Shown: positions 37,122 to 47,269 of the stretch, in pieces
Position numbering within the stretch: the stretch's first letter is position 1
Layout: each line of letters opens with the position of its first letter
Origin: an uncultured virus (IMG/VR IMGVR_UViG_3300011867_000002)
Taxonomy: Duplodnaviria > Heunggongvirae > Uroviricota > Caudoviricetes
Strand: one strand, 5' to 3'
Virus record (IMG/VR): IMGVR_UViG_3300011867_000002
Location: 62,001 to 126,000 of that record
Length of the DNA stretch: 64,000 bases
Notes under the pieces: generated by a model
What the model was told of the DNA's origin: nothing
The model's database searches: none
The model's input: the letters and a program-made list of their open reading frames with translations, nothing else
Made by a program: the position numbers and the translations under genes

Positions 37122-37961
37122 TTACGACATGATGCTTCTCAGGACTTCGAGGGCATAGGGGTTCTTCAATTGGGCAATGCCAAACTTGATCTTTTCGTTG
37201 GTGGTAATCGCACTCCACCGGTATTGCGCGGCGATGTCCAGAATGTCTTGGCGCAGCTTTTTGTCAGCTGGCCGGAAGAATTCATTGTCACCGAAAATCT
37301 GTAAGAAGTCTTCCCGGAAGGGAATCATCGACAGACTCTTTCCTTCGTAGTATTTCGAGAACCATGCGGCACGTGGCTTAATCGCCCCGGTATGACTCTC
37401 CAGCAATACTAATTCCTTGAAGTCGGGATACGAGATCAAGTCGTACGCGATGTGGGTTAAGATCATCGCTTTGGTTTTGTGCTCCGGACGGAGTTTCAAC
37501 CGCACCTTTCGAATGTTCCCTTCAGGGTGCATTTTCAATAACAACTCAATGCTGTCTTTGAGCGTGGCCGTAAACAACTTTTGCTTCACCGTGTTGTCAC
37601 GGCGTGTCACGGCGTACGGATACTTCTTGTCGATGTCAGCGTAGTCGCTAACGTAATACACGATCTTCGTCATGCCGTTGGTGCGGTGCGTGATGATTTC
37701 GTGTATCTGCGCCATCTCGTCGTTCAGCGCTTCGGCAAAGGTTTCTGGCAAGACCGTGTCGGCCACCCCTTTGTCAAATGAACCGTACAGATTACGAAAC
37801 AGCGTACGCAGATTAATCCAGAACTCTTCGTACTCCAGAATCGGAGCGGGGTCTTCTGGACGCTCGGGGTAAATTCCGAGTGCTGCTTCAATGGCCAATG
37901 AGGTGGCCACCGAAATAGGGAATTGGCCAGTCGTGCGGCCAGGGTAATCAGCTAATGACAT
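37122..37961 (-). CDS. Conserved protein (phiKZ gp66-like; possible 5' nuclease-like fold)
   Basis: 279 aa; INLRTLFRN and LLESHTG motifs; coupled to the SbcD-like gene. Confidence 0.7.
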   Translation of the reverse strand: MSLADYPGRTTGQFPISVATSLAIEAALGIYPERPEDPAPILEYEEFWINLRTLFRNLYGSFDKGVADTVLPETFAEALNDEMAQIHEIITHRTNGMTKIVYYVSDYADIDKKYPYAVTRRDNTVKQKLFTATLKDSIELLLKMHPEGNIRKVRLKLRPEHKTKAMILTHIAYDLISYPDFKELVLLESHTGAIKPRAAWFSKYYEGKSLSMIPFREDFLQIFGDNEFFRPADKKLRQDILDIAAQYRWSAITTNEKIKFGIAQLKNPYALEVLRSIMS

Positions 37962-39106
37962 TACAGCACCTCCTCAATGAAGCGCCGGGCAGCTTCCAAT
38001 ACCGCAGGTGAGGGTTCCTTATCGACCACTCGTTTAAGAAGCATTCCGCCTAGGTTATCTTTCGTTAATGCCGGGGCTTGGTACGACGTTTTTGGTTTGG
38101 CTCCGGCTTCCTCTTGTTTTTTCTTTTCTTTCCTTGCAATCTTCGACCAATTGAACGCGGGATGCCTGAGCATCACGTGCTGCATGTTCGAGAGCACCGG
38201 GTTGCCCACATCGGCTTCCACCCGGACGTACGAATCGACTGGTAAGTCCTTCACATACGCATCGATCTTGGCATTGGTCTCAGCTAAGTCCAAGCCCTTA
38301 CAAGGTACCGTAATGAAACGCTTGGCACCCACATTCTCACGGAACTCCACATCGTACTCACCGTTTTGGTGAGCACAGATACGCAAGTGACCCTTTGCTT
38401 CTTCTTCCCCTTGGCGTAACCGGTCAAATGAACCCGGTGCCAAAATCCCTGGACGACCGTCGGGGCGATCAAAGCGGCTGTACGTGTGCACGTGACCGAC
38501 CATGATAATTTCTCGTACCAAGGACAAATACGCGGCAGAATCATGGGTCTTGAACTTGTCCAACTCAACATCAAGCTGGTAATCAAATTGGCCATGCATC
38601 ATGGCAAAGTCGACTTGTTCCAATCCCTTGGCACGCATGAGTTCGCGGACTTGGCTGAGGGTTTTTTCGGTGGACGGATTGGCCTCATCGGGTACATAGA
38701 GCATGGTTATCCCATATCGCTCTATGTACTCGATGGAAACAGTTTTCACGTATTTGAGGTCAGCGCCAATGTCGGCAATTGCGTTGATGTTCTCCCACAG
38801 CTGGGATTGCTCCCAATCATGGAGGGGCGTGCCTTTCAGCACGCGGACCATGATGTTGTGTTTCGCGGCCATCTTGAGGATGCGCGCGATCCACTCTTGG
38901 ATGCGGGGAACAGCAGGGTCGGAGAGACTTCCGCGGGTATCGAAAATATCTCCGGTAAAACAGATCATGTCAATCTTGGGGGTCTCGACCGGATCGAGAA
39001 AGACCTTGTCCAAGTTGTCAATAATGAAGCCAGTTGCAACAAGGCGATGGAGGAAATGCAAATCGCCTATGTTCACGAAGCGTAGTTTAGGGCGCAACAT
39101 CTTCAT
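37961..39106 (-). CDS. SbcD/Mre11-like metallophosphoesterase nuclease
   Basis: GDLH, TGDIFD, GTPLHD, HG, GHVH and PGS motifs; start moved to about 39106. Confidence 0.9.
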   Translation of the reverse strand: MKMLRPKLRFVNIGDLHFLHRLVATGFIIDNLDKVFLDPVETPKIDMICFTGDIFDTRGSLSDPAVPRIQEWIARILKMAAKHNIMVRVLKGTPLHDWEQSQLWENINAIADIGADLKYVKTVSIEYIERYGITMLYVPDEANPSTEKTLSQVRELMRAKGLEQVDFAMMHGQFDYQLDVELDKFKTHDSAAYLSLVREIIMVGHVHTYSRFDRPDGRPGILAPGSFDRLRQGEEEAKGHLRICAHQNGEYDVEFRENVGAKRFITVPCKGLDLAETNAKIDAYVKDLPVDSYVRVEADVGNPVLSNMQHVMLRHPAFNWSKIARKEKKKQEEAGAKPKTSYQAPALTKDNLGGMLLKRVVDKEPSPAVLEAARRFIEEVL

Positions 39107-39695
39107 AGTCGAGGTCGATGGCTGGTTTGTTGGATGAAGTAGCAGGCGCATCCGACACGGCCAACAGACCATAGTGGGCGAGAATCTTCTTCCACGCAGC
39201 CACTGTTCCGGACACATCCGCACTACTCTTCATAGATGTTGTCCGCTTAGTTAATTCTTCCATCAGGTAGTTTTCAGCTACCTGAGGCAGGCTATTTTGG
39301 TACAGCTGCGCCTGCATCGTGACGTGTTTCAGGTCGACCGGCAGGTTAGTCGTCATCGGTGCGATCAGCTGGCTTTCGATCATCGGCGGTACCGTGAACA
39401 GCACTTTGCGGGTGGCGTCGTCGAACACTTCGACTGCCGAGTGGGGCGAACCGGCGTAGGTGATCCAGTTACCAGGGCGAATGTCCGGATAGCGTTCGTT
39501 GGGCTTACCAAGGAACATCGGCAAGAATACTTCGCGGAAGATTTGCTCGGACAACTGCTTGGGCGCTTCTTCACGCGGTGGCGAACTGATCAGGCTACTG
39601 GCAATACCTTGGATCATTGCCGAGCGTTCTTCGATCAGTTCTTCACGCACGTTGGCGGCGGTGAACGCCACTTCCCCTTGGGTTGGGTTAGACAT
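39087..39695 (-). CDS. Conserved hypothetical protein
   Basis: 202 aa with a VLFTVPP motif; RBS AAGGA. Confidence 0.75.
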   Translation of the reverse strand: MSNPTQGEVAFTAANVREELIEERSAMIQGIASSLISSPPREEAPKQLSEQIFREVFLPMFLGKPNERYPDIRPGNWITYAGSPHSAVEVFDDATRKVLFTVPPMIESQLIAPMTTNLPVDLKHVTMQAQLYQNSLPQVAENYLMEELTKRTTSMKSSADVSGTVAAWKKILAHYGLLAVSDAPATSSNKPAIDLDYEDVAP

Positions 39696-39716
39696 ATTCT
39701 TTCCTTTCTTGTGTGG

Positions 39717-40133
39717 TTACGAGGTGATCCCGTATTCCTTGATTTTCATGGTCTTTTGGTACTTGCCGTTCAGGCCGTAGAGCAAGTTACCAACGGTGTA
39801 GCTTTTATCGTCTTGCGTGAACGAAATGTACAGGCGCAAAACAAAGCGGTTATCGTTACCTTCTGCGATCGGATCGAGCGAGGTCGTCACTTCGGTGTTA
39901 TCGAAATGGCGACCAAAGAGATCGAGGTAAGCTTTACGTACTTCGTCGCAGAGCTTACCGAGGTCAGCGCTATATTGATCAAACAGCCACGCAAGGCTGG
40001 TTACAGCACCGCCGTAAAGCGCGGTCTGGCTTTTGTCAGATGCTTGGGCGTGTGCCATCAACGCATCGGCTTTCTCGGCAGGCGTTTTCAGGTAGCCAGC
40101 CAGAGAAAGGGTAGCAACATCATTTTGTGGCAT
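39717..40133 (-). CDS. Conserved hypothetical protein
   Basis: 138 aa, RBS AGGA. Confidence 0.75.
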   Translation of the reverse strand: MPQNDVATLSLAGYLKTPAEKADALMAHAQASDKSQTALYGGAVTSLAWLFDQYSADLGKLCDEVRKAYLDLFGRHFDNTEVTTSLDPIAEGNDNRFVLRLYISFTQDDKSYTVGNLLYGLNGKYQKTMKIKEYGITS

Positions 40134-40239
40134 GGAAGTAGTCCTGTAAGGAATTGGAAAAGCGAAGTCGACTCATAGAATCGAGCAAAAAAAGAAATCC
40201 CACCGACCCGTAAAGGTAAGTGGGACTTCTCTTGGCTCC

Positions 40240-40866
40240 TTACAGCTGATCGCCGAACGGAGAGACTGGATCGTCTTTGCCTGCAATGACTGCCGCCTCC
40301 ACGATGTCCCATGCCGAACCGATCGTAAACTTCATATCGGGATTCACATAGTCCACCGCTGGGCGTTCTTCACGCGCATCGCAGTAGTACGATTGGGTCC
40401 AGCCATGTTCCGGATGATCCATCACCAGGCCGTCGGTAATCAGACGGTAATCCCGGTGGTCCTTGCCAATCACATCGCCGTCCAGATTCTGGTACGTCCC
40501 TTCAAACGCACAGCATCGTTGGTCAAGCATGAGTTGGCGGATGGTTGGTTGTGCCATGATCCAGCGGTGCATGACCTGCGGCGACTGTTGCACTTCAGCC
40601 ACCGTTTCCAGATCACGGAACTCGTTCTTCTGGAACATGTTCTTCACCTTGCGGAGCACGCCACTGCTAAAGCGCAACGCTTCGGCACCCGTCACGTATT
40701 CAAATGCTTTCCGGCCTGTTTCGAAAAAGTGCCGTCCTGCATCGGTCAGGATGTTGCTCGCATTACTGAGCGTTTCCTGAAACCTGTTCTGTAGAAACTG
40801 AACCGTGTTGGGATTCTTTTGCGCATACGCCAAGACGCTAAACTCGTCGTGTATGCCCAGATTCAT
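40240..40866 (-). CDS. Conserved nucleus-block protein (possibly phiKZ gp59/Imp3-like)
   Basis: 208 aa directly downstream of nvRNAP beta'; RBS GAGGAGG. Identity rests on synteny only. Confidence 0.6.
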   Translation of the reverse strand: MNLGIHDEFSVLAYAQKNPNTVQFLQNRFQETLSNASNILTDAGRHFFETGRKAFEYVTGAEALRFSSGVLRKVKNMFQKNEFRDLETVAEVQQSPQVMHRWIMAQPTIRQLMLDQRCCAFEGTYQNLDGDVIGKDHRDYRLITDGLVMDHPEHGWTQSYYCDAREERPAVDYVNPDMKFTIGSAWDIVEAAVIAGKDDPVSPFGDQL

Positions 40867-40883
40867 TTATTCCTCCTCTTTTC

Positions 40884-42407
40884 TTAATCCAGTGTCGGAA
40901 TCAACGCCATCTTCTGTTGTTGTTCTTCCGTCAATGGTTCTTCTTCCCAATGTAACCAATTGGCCATGGTCGCGATGACTGTCTTCGGGATGGACAGGTT
41001 ACGTGACAATTGCCGTACGCCATCCAGGCCGCACGCACTCATGTGAGGTGCCAGTCGTGCCAACTGGTCCGTCGACATATGGTCGATTGACAACGTGCCG
41101 TTTTGCTGGTCGCCGTCGAAGTCGGCATTGAAGCCCGTCACCGACAAGATACTCATCGACACCGTTGGAATCTCGGCGTCTTGTGGTCGTGCTGCACTGC
41201 CTTTCACTTTCGTGATAAACATTGCTTGCGCAGAACCACGTTCCAAACTCGGGTTACGTTGGAACACCACGGGAATGCCTTTGTACGGGCTCTCGTCGAT
41301 CAATTCCTTGAACAACTGGTCCAGCACGGGGTGCCATTTCTGGGCGTACTCGTACAGGAGATTGTTGATCTCGTAATTGTTCCAGCCCATGCGCAGCAAC
41401 TTGTTGGTCAAGTGCAGCGAGAGGACGGAGACACCAATGCCCCACGACACGTGGATTTCGTCGTAAGCGTGGATGTCGGTCAACGATGCAATCACGCCGC
41501 GGAAACTGAAGTGCGAGCGACTGCCGAACACGTGCTTCCTGAACCAGCCTTCTTTCGGCGACAACCGATCCCGGTAAATGTCGTCGTAGAACGTGCAGAG
41601 ACTGTTCATCATCTTCACGGTCAGGATTTCTTTCTTGGCCGGTTTCAGGCCGTTCAAGTCCGAGTCGATGTTGGTCATCATGTTTACTGCATTGATGAGA
41701 CCGTTCATCGTCATGTCCCCGTACTCACCCAGATTCGTGTTCTCCAGCACGAACAGCGCGCGGTTCGGTACCGGCAGATGTTGGGCAAAGAGTTCCTTGC
41801 GGTACTCTTGGATCAGGAACGGGAAAGCATCGAACTCTTCTTTCTTTTTCGTGCCCTTCTTAAACACCTTGAGACTGAGCAAGCCCTTCATCACGGCGTC
41901 AAAGTTGTTCACGAAATTGTTGTAACCGCGTTCTTTCATCACCGCGCGACAGATGGCATCGACTTGCGGCAGTTCCTGTGGCATCTTCACCGATGCTTTG
42001 TACGTGCGGTCGCACAGGTACTGAATGACGCAGAACCCCTTCAACTTGAACCGTTCCAGACACATGATCCAGAAGTTGGGATTCGGCAGGGCAACAACAC
42101 CTTTCGGTGCGCGCATCCAAACCAGCGGTTCGAGTTCTTGCTCCAACTGGTTTGTGACGTGTGTCCCGCATTTGGGACAGAGAAATCCCACCAAGCCTTC
42201 CGCGTACGCCCCCGTGGTCTCACCGCAACCACACGACGGGATGTTCGACAGAAAGTCGGTTGAATCGTAACGAGTACACAAAAGCTTCTCGATGTTCTTC
42301 CGATCCTCTTCCGTGGCATTCCGGAGATCATTTAAGATCACCTTCGTACGACGGTTGTGTAACCGGAATAAGTTATCGAAATTTTCAAGCTCAACGCCGA
42401 CGCCCAA
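40884..42407 (-). CDS. Non-virion RNA polymerase catalytic beta'-like subunit (phiKZ gp55-56.1-like), intron-less
   Basis: Catalytic NADFDGD, Zn ribbon CGC...CPKC, RKHVFGSR and RNPSL. Confidence 0.95.
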   Translation of the reverse strand: MGVGVELENFDNLFRLHNRRTKVILNDLRNATEEDRKNIEKLLCTRYDSTDFLSNIPSCGCGETTGAYAEGLVGFLCPKCGTHVTNQLEQELEPLVWMRAPKGVVALPNPNFWIMCLERFKLKGFCVIQYLCDRTYKASVKMPQELPQVDAICRAVMKERGYNNFVNNFDAVMKGLLSLKVFKKGTKKKEEFDAFPFLIQEYRKELFAQHLPVPNRALFVLENTNLGEYGDMTMNGLINAVNMMTNIDSDLNGLKPAKKEILTVKMMNSLCTFYDDIYRDRLSPKEGWFRKHVFGSRSHFSFRGVIASLTDIHAYDEIHVSWGIGVSVLSLHLTNKLLRMGWNNYEINNLLYEYAQKWHPVLDQLFKELIDESPYKGIPVVFQRNPSLERGSAQAMFITKVKGSAARPQDAEIPTVSMSILSVTGFNADFDGDQQNGTLSIDHMSTDQLARLAPHMSACGLDGVRQLSRNLSIPKTVIATMANWLHWEEEPLTEEQQQKMALIPTLD

Positions 42408-42444
42408 TGTTCTCTCCTGACAGTGTAGATAAAACTAGAAAAAA

Positions 42445-42471
42445 ATAAGAGACCCCGAAGGGTCTCTTATT
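42445..42471 (-). terminator. Intrinsic terminator after chimallin
   Basis: AATAAGAGACC-CCGAAG-GGTCTCTTATT stem-loop with an A-run to the left. Confidence 0.85.
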
Positions 42472-42500
42472 CTACACAACTACAACCTTGCGGTCAGGGA

Positions 42501-44462
42501 TTAACGCCAGCCGCCAGCGTACTGGTTGCCCGAGACAGCGCCGGTGTTGTTGTTCGGCGCGTAGGTGCGGCTGTACAGCGTCGACGAATCGGACGTGGTC
42601 AGGCCGGCAGCGAAGTCGCCGACAGCGCGGTCCATGGTACCGGTATCGAGGAAGGTGCTGCCGGTCAGCGGCATGGCTACGCCGACCTTCTCGACTGCTT
42701 GCACCAGGGTGTCGATGAACAGGCCGGTGAACGACACGCGGCGCGCTTGGCCGGTGATGACCAGGTTCGGGAACACCTTCTTCAGGATTTCCAGACGTGC
42801 TGCCATCCGTTGGGCTTCCGGGTAGGAAGTCTTCAGGAAGGTGTCCGAGAAATCGCGCACCAGTTCCGGCGCGTTGGCGCCGACCAGGTTCTGCATCGCG
42901 ACGTAGTCGGCCGTACGCAGGTCGACCACTTCGCCGCCCACTTTGGTGTAGTGGCCCAGGTAGATGTTCTCACCCTTTTGCAGCGTGATCTTGCCGTTGG
43001 CCGGCCACAGCTTTTCGAACTCGCCGTTGGTCATGTTGTTGACCGCGTTCAGGATGGCCTTGATCGCGCCTTCGTCGCCATCGTCCGCGGCCGCCAGGGC
43101 GCCGTTGTACGAGGTGTCCGGGCCACGCAGCGAGACGTCGACTGCGAAGACAGGGTTGCCTTCGTGGAAGATCGCCTTCAGGTAGGTCATCAGGTGCGCG
43201 TTCGTGAACGAGTCGGCCTTGAGGTCGATCGGCATGCCTGGCTGCGAAGGATCGCCGCCGAAGTTCACCTCACGGTTCAGGGCACCGAAGTCGCGCATGT
43301 CGATTTCGTTGGCCGGCAGGCTGCGGTTCGGCAGGGCTGCTGCCATCCACATGCCGCGGTCACGGATCGCCACGGCCGAAGCCAGTGCCAGCATCTGGCC
43401 GCCCAGGGTCATCAGACGTTCAGCTTGCAGCATGGTCAGGACCACGCGTGGGATGAACTTCTTGTACATGTCCGGCGTGGTCTGGCCGAAGGAAGGCAGG
43501 CCGGCGATCTGCGCGGTAGCCATTTTCGGTTGGTAGATCACGTCGAGGAACGCCGAGGTGGTCGCCAGGCGGGTGCCGCCAGCCGCGCCGAAGCCAGGGA
43601 TTTCCGACTTCTGGATCGGTTCCGAGATCAGGTCGATCTTGATGTCGGAGCGCACCGGTTCGTGGAAGATGTTCTGCACCGAGCGAGCGTCGAAGCTCAG
43701 TTTCGATTGCAGGGCATCGGTGCCGCCCACGAAGTCCTTCAGGTTCAGCGGACGCACCATGCCGGCGCCGGTTTGCAGGGCCAGGGCCGCGGCGTAGGTG
43801 GCACGGGTAGCCAGGGTCTTGACGCGCTGCGGGTCGCTCAGGTTTTCGGTGAAGTGCTTCGGCACCACCATCGCGATCGATTCGAACACGTTGTTGGTCT
43901 GGAAGCGGTTCTTCACGATTTCCATGATGGTCTTGCGGACCTTCGGCTGGTCAGCGTCGCCGGCCGTGTGCAGGATTTGCACTTTGCCGCCTGGGGCGCC
44001 TGGCACGTAGGCTTCGGACATGCCGATGCTGTCGATCGAACCTTCGAGCAGCAGGGGCTGGTAGCCGACGCCGGCTTCCTTGTTGTTGCGCAGCTGGGTG
44101 GCGACGATCAGGTACGAAACCGGCACGTTGTTCACGCCGTCGTTGCGTTCGACCGGGATCAGGGTGGTTTCGACGGCGCCGGTGCCTTGCTTGTAGCTGT
44201 CCAGCAGTTCTTGCATGACGCGCTGGAACTTGGTCAGCACTTCGCCGGTGTTGTTCAGCGGGATCGGCGTATCGATGTCGAAGCCCAGGGCCGAGAAGCC
44301 GCGGGGCGCGTTGTTGGTGTTGGCGGTGAAGCCGCTGTTGGTGTTGGCGCCGGTATTGGTATTCTGGTTCTGGTTGCCTTGGGAGCCGGTCACGCCAGCT
44401 TTGCTCAGTGCGGCGCCCAGGTTGCCTTTTTGGCCGTTGTCTTCAGTTTTCAACATTTTCAT
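42501..44462 (-). CDS. chmA: Chimallin, major phage nuclear shell protein (phiKZ gp54-like)
   Basis: 653 aa with extreme codon bias and disordered termini, immediately upstream of nvRNAP beta'; RDFGALN and G.Y......DLR..DY motifs. Confidence 0.88.
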   Translation of the reverse strand: MKMLKTEDNGQKGNLGAALSKAGVTGSQGNQNQNTNTGANTNSGFTANTNNAPRGFSALGFDIDTPIPLNNTGEVLTKFQRVMQELLDSYKQGTGAVETTLIPVERNDGVNNVPVSYLIVATQLRNNKEAGVGYQPLLLEGSIDSIGMSEAYVPGAPGGKVQILHTAGDADQPKVRKTIMEIVKNRFQTNNVFESIAMVVPKHFTENLSDPQRVKTLATRATYAAALALQTGAGMVRPLNLKDFVGGTDALQSKLSFDARSVQNIFHEPVRSDIKIDLISEPIQKSEIPGFGAAGGTRLATTSAFLDVIYQPKMATAQIAGLPSFGQTTPDMYKKFIPRVVLTMLQAERLMTLGGQMLALASAVAIRDRGMWMAAALPNRSLPANEIDMRDFGALNREVNFGGDPSQPGMPIDLKADSFTNAHLMTYLKAIFHEGNPVFAVDVSLRGPDTSYNGALAAADDGDEGAIKAILNAVNNMTNGEFEKLWPANGKITLQKGENIYLGHYTKVGGEVVDLRTADYVAMQNLVGANAPELVRDFSDTFLKTSYPEAQRMAARLEILKKVFPNLVITGQARRVSFTGLFIDTLVQAVEKVGVAMPLTGSTFLDTGTMDRAVGDFAAGLTTSDSSTLYSRTYAPNNNTGAVSGNQYAGGWR

Positions 44463-44539
44463 TTCCTCTTTTTAATTAACGGTGATGTTTGCGCAAACAA
44501 ACGTTAGAGCGGGCGACTTTATTGTCGCTGACTCATGTA

Positions 44540-44564
44540 GGTTATATGTGTCCATGAATATTTT
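44540..44564 (-). promoter_or_regulatory. Early-type promoter motif upstream of chimallin
   Basis: Minus strand ACACATATAACCTACATGAG, nearly identical to the phuZ upstream site. Confidence 0.7.
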
Positions 44565-44762
44565 CATTCGTGGGCATCATAACTCCCTTTACTAGAAAGC
44601 CACCCTTGGGTGTGACCCCAAGAGTGACGGTTGAGACCGATGAAGTCTTTTCCTATAACATAGCAGTATGCTAGTAAAAAAATAGTTCACTGTCTTCTTT
44701 CAGTGCTGCTTTTGATGATCCATGTTATGTGTTGTGCTCATCTAACGACTGGACAATCCCCC

Positions 44763-45863
44763 ATGCGTACTCTGTTTAATCTCAAACCACCAAGTCAATA
44801 CGGTGTGTTGCGCTCCGTTCACTGGCCTTATGTGCGAGATGGACTCAGGCGTAACCTCGAAGTCATCCTCCGGTACCACCGGAAGAACCCCCAAGCAGTA
44901 AAAGGTTCGCATTTCTTGGTGCGGCTTTTAGGTGCTATTACCATACCGCACGCGCTCAATTTAGACCGGTACTTTGAGAACGTGGACGCTGGTACATTCA
45001 ATACCGCAAACGCGTTAAAATTAACATCACCTGTTTCTAAGGGTGTTGTTTTCAAGGGCATCTTCTATGGTCCGGGTTGCCATGAAGTCATCATTGGCCA
45101 CAACGAACTGTTCGATATTGTCGATGCTGACCGTAACTGGATGAATCTGCAACCGATCCAAGTGTTGCGGCATCCACGTTCGGACTTGATGATGAATATC
45201 CCGGATGGCACGCCTACCGGTAGTGAAACCGGGTTGGCCGTCATTAGTATCAACATCCCAATGCTGGCGATCATGTACCGCGCGTTTTGTCGGTACGAAG
45301 AAGAGGCAGCGCCAGAAGGTGGCCGCTTGTCAGTGTACCACTTCATCCGGATGTATGTGCTCCCCAACATGCTTGCTTCGCATTTGGATGTGGCGCTCTT
45401 TAACCGAATCGACAACTTGCAAAAGGGTGCACCACTCGGCGAGAGTAAACAAGCGCATTCGTTTGCCTTGCCAGATTACAGCAAGAAAGTGACGGAAGTG
45501 CACCTGGAACTCTTGGAGTATCTGCACAAGAAACGCCAAGACTTCTTGGGTGTCTTGTACACCATCCCCGGCGCAGTCAAACCGAACATGGCGCAGGTCA
45601 TGGAAATGCCCGACGTCGCACCCACGAGCCAAATCACATGGGCCTTGGTGCTCGCGCGCCTGCACGTGGTAACGTTCTTGTTCAAGTCAGTTGGTGAACG
45701 TTTGCATACCCAGAACCAAGTCGAAGTCAATGCGATTCGACGCGCGATCATTTCCTACCGTTCGACGAGTGTCTTCGGTTCAATCTTACCAATTGAAGAC
45801 CAGATCGACGCGGAGATGATGCTGGACGACATCTTCGACAAGAGCATTGTGTCTGCGGCATAA
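44763..45863 (+). CDS. Conserved hypothetical protein (phiKZ gp52-like by synteny)
   Basis: About 366 aa from ATG 44763; divergent from chimallin. Confidence 0.7.
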   Translation: MRTLFNLKPPSQYGVLRSVHWPYVRDGLRRNLEVILRYHRKNPQAVKGSHFLVRLLGAITIPHALNLDRYFENVDAGTFNTANALKLTSPVSKGVVFKGIFYGPGCHEVIIGHNELFDIVDADRNWMNLQPIQVLRHPRSDLMMNIPDGTPTGSETGLAVISINIPMLAIMYRAFCRYEEEAAPEGGRLSVYHFIRMYVLPNMLASHLDVALFNRIDNLQKGAPLGESKQAHSFALPDYSKKVTEVHLELLEYLHKKRQDFLGVLYTIPGAVKPNMAQVMEMPDVAPTSQITWALVLARLHVVTFLFKSVGERLHTQNQVEVNAIRRAIISYRSTSVFGSILPIEDQIDAEMMLDDIFDKSIVSAA

Positions 45864-45907
45864 AAGCTAAAACGAGCGTCCAGTGACGGATGCTCGTTTT
45901 ATGCCGG
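45857..45907. terminator. Bidirectional terminator flanked by CGGCATAAAA/TTTTATGCCG
   Basis: AAAACGAGCGTCC...GGATGCTCGTTTT stem. Confidence 0.85.
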
Positions 45908-45911
45908 ATGT

Positions 45912-46070
45912 TCATTTTTCACTGATCTTTACCAACGCCCTCGCCATTTCCAGCAAAGCAAACACAGCGGCAGCAAGTAACCACACCAATGCCCATTCCT
46001 TATTCAGATTACCGATGTTAAAGCCAGCAGCCCACAACATCACGATAGCCAAGATTTGGTAGGGTGTCAT
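45912..46070 (-). CDS. Small two-TM membrane protein (52 aa)
   Basis: Hand-translated MTPYQILAIVMLWAAGFNIGNLNKEWALVWLLAAAVFALLEMARALVKISEK. Confidence 0.55.
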   Translation of the reverse strand: MTPYQILAIVMLWAAGFNIGNLNKEWALVWLLAAAVFALLEMARALVKISEK

Positions 46071-46092
46071 AGGTGGATTCCTTTATAGTTAG

Positions 46093-46284
46093 TTAGCCGT
46101 CCCGGCGGACACGCAGTTCTGCTTCTGGCGACAACTGGTGACTGTCGACCAACGCACGGCGCTGATCGTAGCTGATGCGGGGATCGAATGCACTTTGCAT
46201 CTTGGTCACAGCCGATACCGGCGGGGTCAAGCCGATTTGACTGACATCGACCCTGCTTTCTTTCGAGTCGCGGATAATACGCAT
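46093..46284 (-). CDS. Small hypothetical protein
   Basis: 63 aa, RBS AAAGG. Confidence 0.55.
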   Translation of the reverse strand: MRIIRDSKESRVDVSQIGLTPPVSAVTKMQSAFDPRISYDQRRALVDSHQLSPEAELRVRRDG

Positions 46285-46376
46285 GATGAACCTTTCTGAT
46301 TACGTGGACGGGTGTTCTTTATGGTGGGCACTATACACAGCCATACCATACCGCGTACACGCCAGAAGGCGGACCG

Positions 46377-46700
46377 CTATTGTTTTTGTCCATCGTCTTT
46401 TCCTTTCGGTACGAAGTGGTTCATGTACAACTCTGCCCACTGCGCCGTACGCTTATCGAGTACGGTCTTTTCTTTCATGGTGGCATTCAGCTCCATCAGT
46501 TCCTGGACAATGCATGACAGTCTGGCGGCGAGGAACCCGATTCCGATCACGATTGCGTCAAGCTTGTCACCTTTCATCGCAGTCCCGTACAACAGACCGA
46601 GAAAGAAAATGTCGCTCCAGAAAAACTTCTTAACCGTAAAACCGCCCCAAGTAAAGAACTTCTTCTTGGGCGGCTCGTTTTCCACAAAAGTGATCTTCAT
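46377..46700 (-). CDS. Membrane protein
   Basis: Start moved to ATG 46700 (RBS GGAG); two hydrophobic segments. Confidence 0.6.
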   Translation of the reverse strand: MKITFVENEPPKKKFFTWGGFTVKKFFWSDIFFLGLLYGTAMKGDKLDAIVIGIGFLAARLSCIVQELMELNATMKEKTVLDKRTAQWAELYMNHFVPKGKDDGQKQ

Positions 46701-46701
46701 T

Positions 46702-46884
46702 CTACGCTCCGTCTGGACCTTTGTAGTCATCCCTGACACGAATACTTCCATAGTTCTCCGTGTAACCCGGTTCACCGAAGCACGCCATTTTCCAGCGTGG
46801 CAGTTCGTGCCGCTCCGGCGTCTTCGGTTTATTGCCCGACTTATGTTTGTCTGTCTTGATGTGTTCTTCGCTGGTAGGTTGCAT
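46702..46884 (-). CDS. Small hypothetical protein
   Basis: 60 aa, tightly packed between neighbours. Confidence 0.5.
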   Translation of the reverse strand: MQPTSEEHIKTDKHKSGNKPKTPERHELPRWKMACFGEPGYTENYGSIRVRDDYKGPDGA

Positions 46885-46886
46885 GA

Positions 46887-47069
46887 CTAATTCTTCTTAA
46901 GGTGGTGTTTTTGTGGAGAACGAAACTTCACGGTTGGCGGCGGAAAGGATACCGGACAATAGATGGTCGCCTCACCTTTTTCCCAAGCACGTTTAAACGC
47001 ATCCGTGAATTCAGATTTGGATTTGGATGCCGACAATTCCGATTTCAATTCATCACTAAAATGGAACAT
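46887..47069 (-). CDS. Small hypothetical protein
   Basis: ATG 47069 with RBS AAGGA. Confidence 0.55.
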   Translation of the reverse strand: MFHFSDELKSELSASKSKSEFTDAFKRAWEKGEATIYCPVSFPPPTVKFRSPQKHHLKKN

Positions 47070-47071
47070 GG

Positions 47072-47257
47072 CTATTTCCTTTTCATCGGGTGATGTTTCT
47101 GGGGTGAGCGAAACGACGGAGGTTGACGTACGACCATGCCGGTTGGCGACCACGGCACGACTTCCCAATGGGGTCGAGTGTGAAGGTCTTTGTAGAGTCG
47201 ATCGATCACGTCGTTATGTGGGATCGCCACGATGCGCATTTTACTGACACGGGTCAT
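47072..47257 (-). CDS. Small hypothetical protein
   Basis: 61 aa, RBS AAGGAG. Confidence 0.6.
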   Translation of the reverse strand: MTRVSKMRIVAIPHNDVIDRLYKDLHTRPHWEVVPWSPTGMVVRQPPSFRSPQKHHPMKRK

Positions 47258-47269
47258 ATGTCCTCCTTA

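Noticed and set aside
28937..42407. Introns, inteins or homing endonucleases in the RNAP genes
   Set aside because: The ORFs are continuous and of expected size, with no intein or HNH/LAGLIDADG motifs seen.
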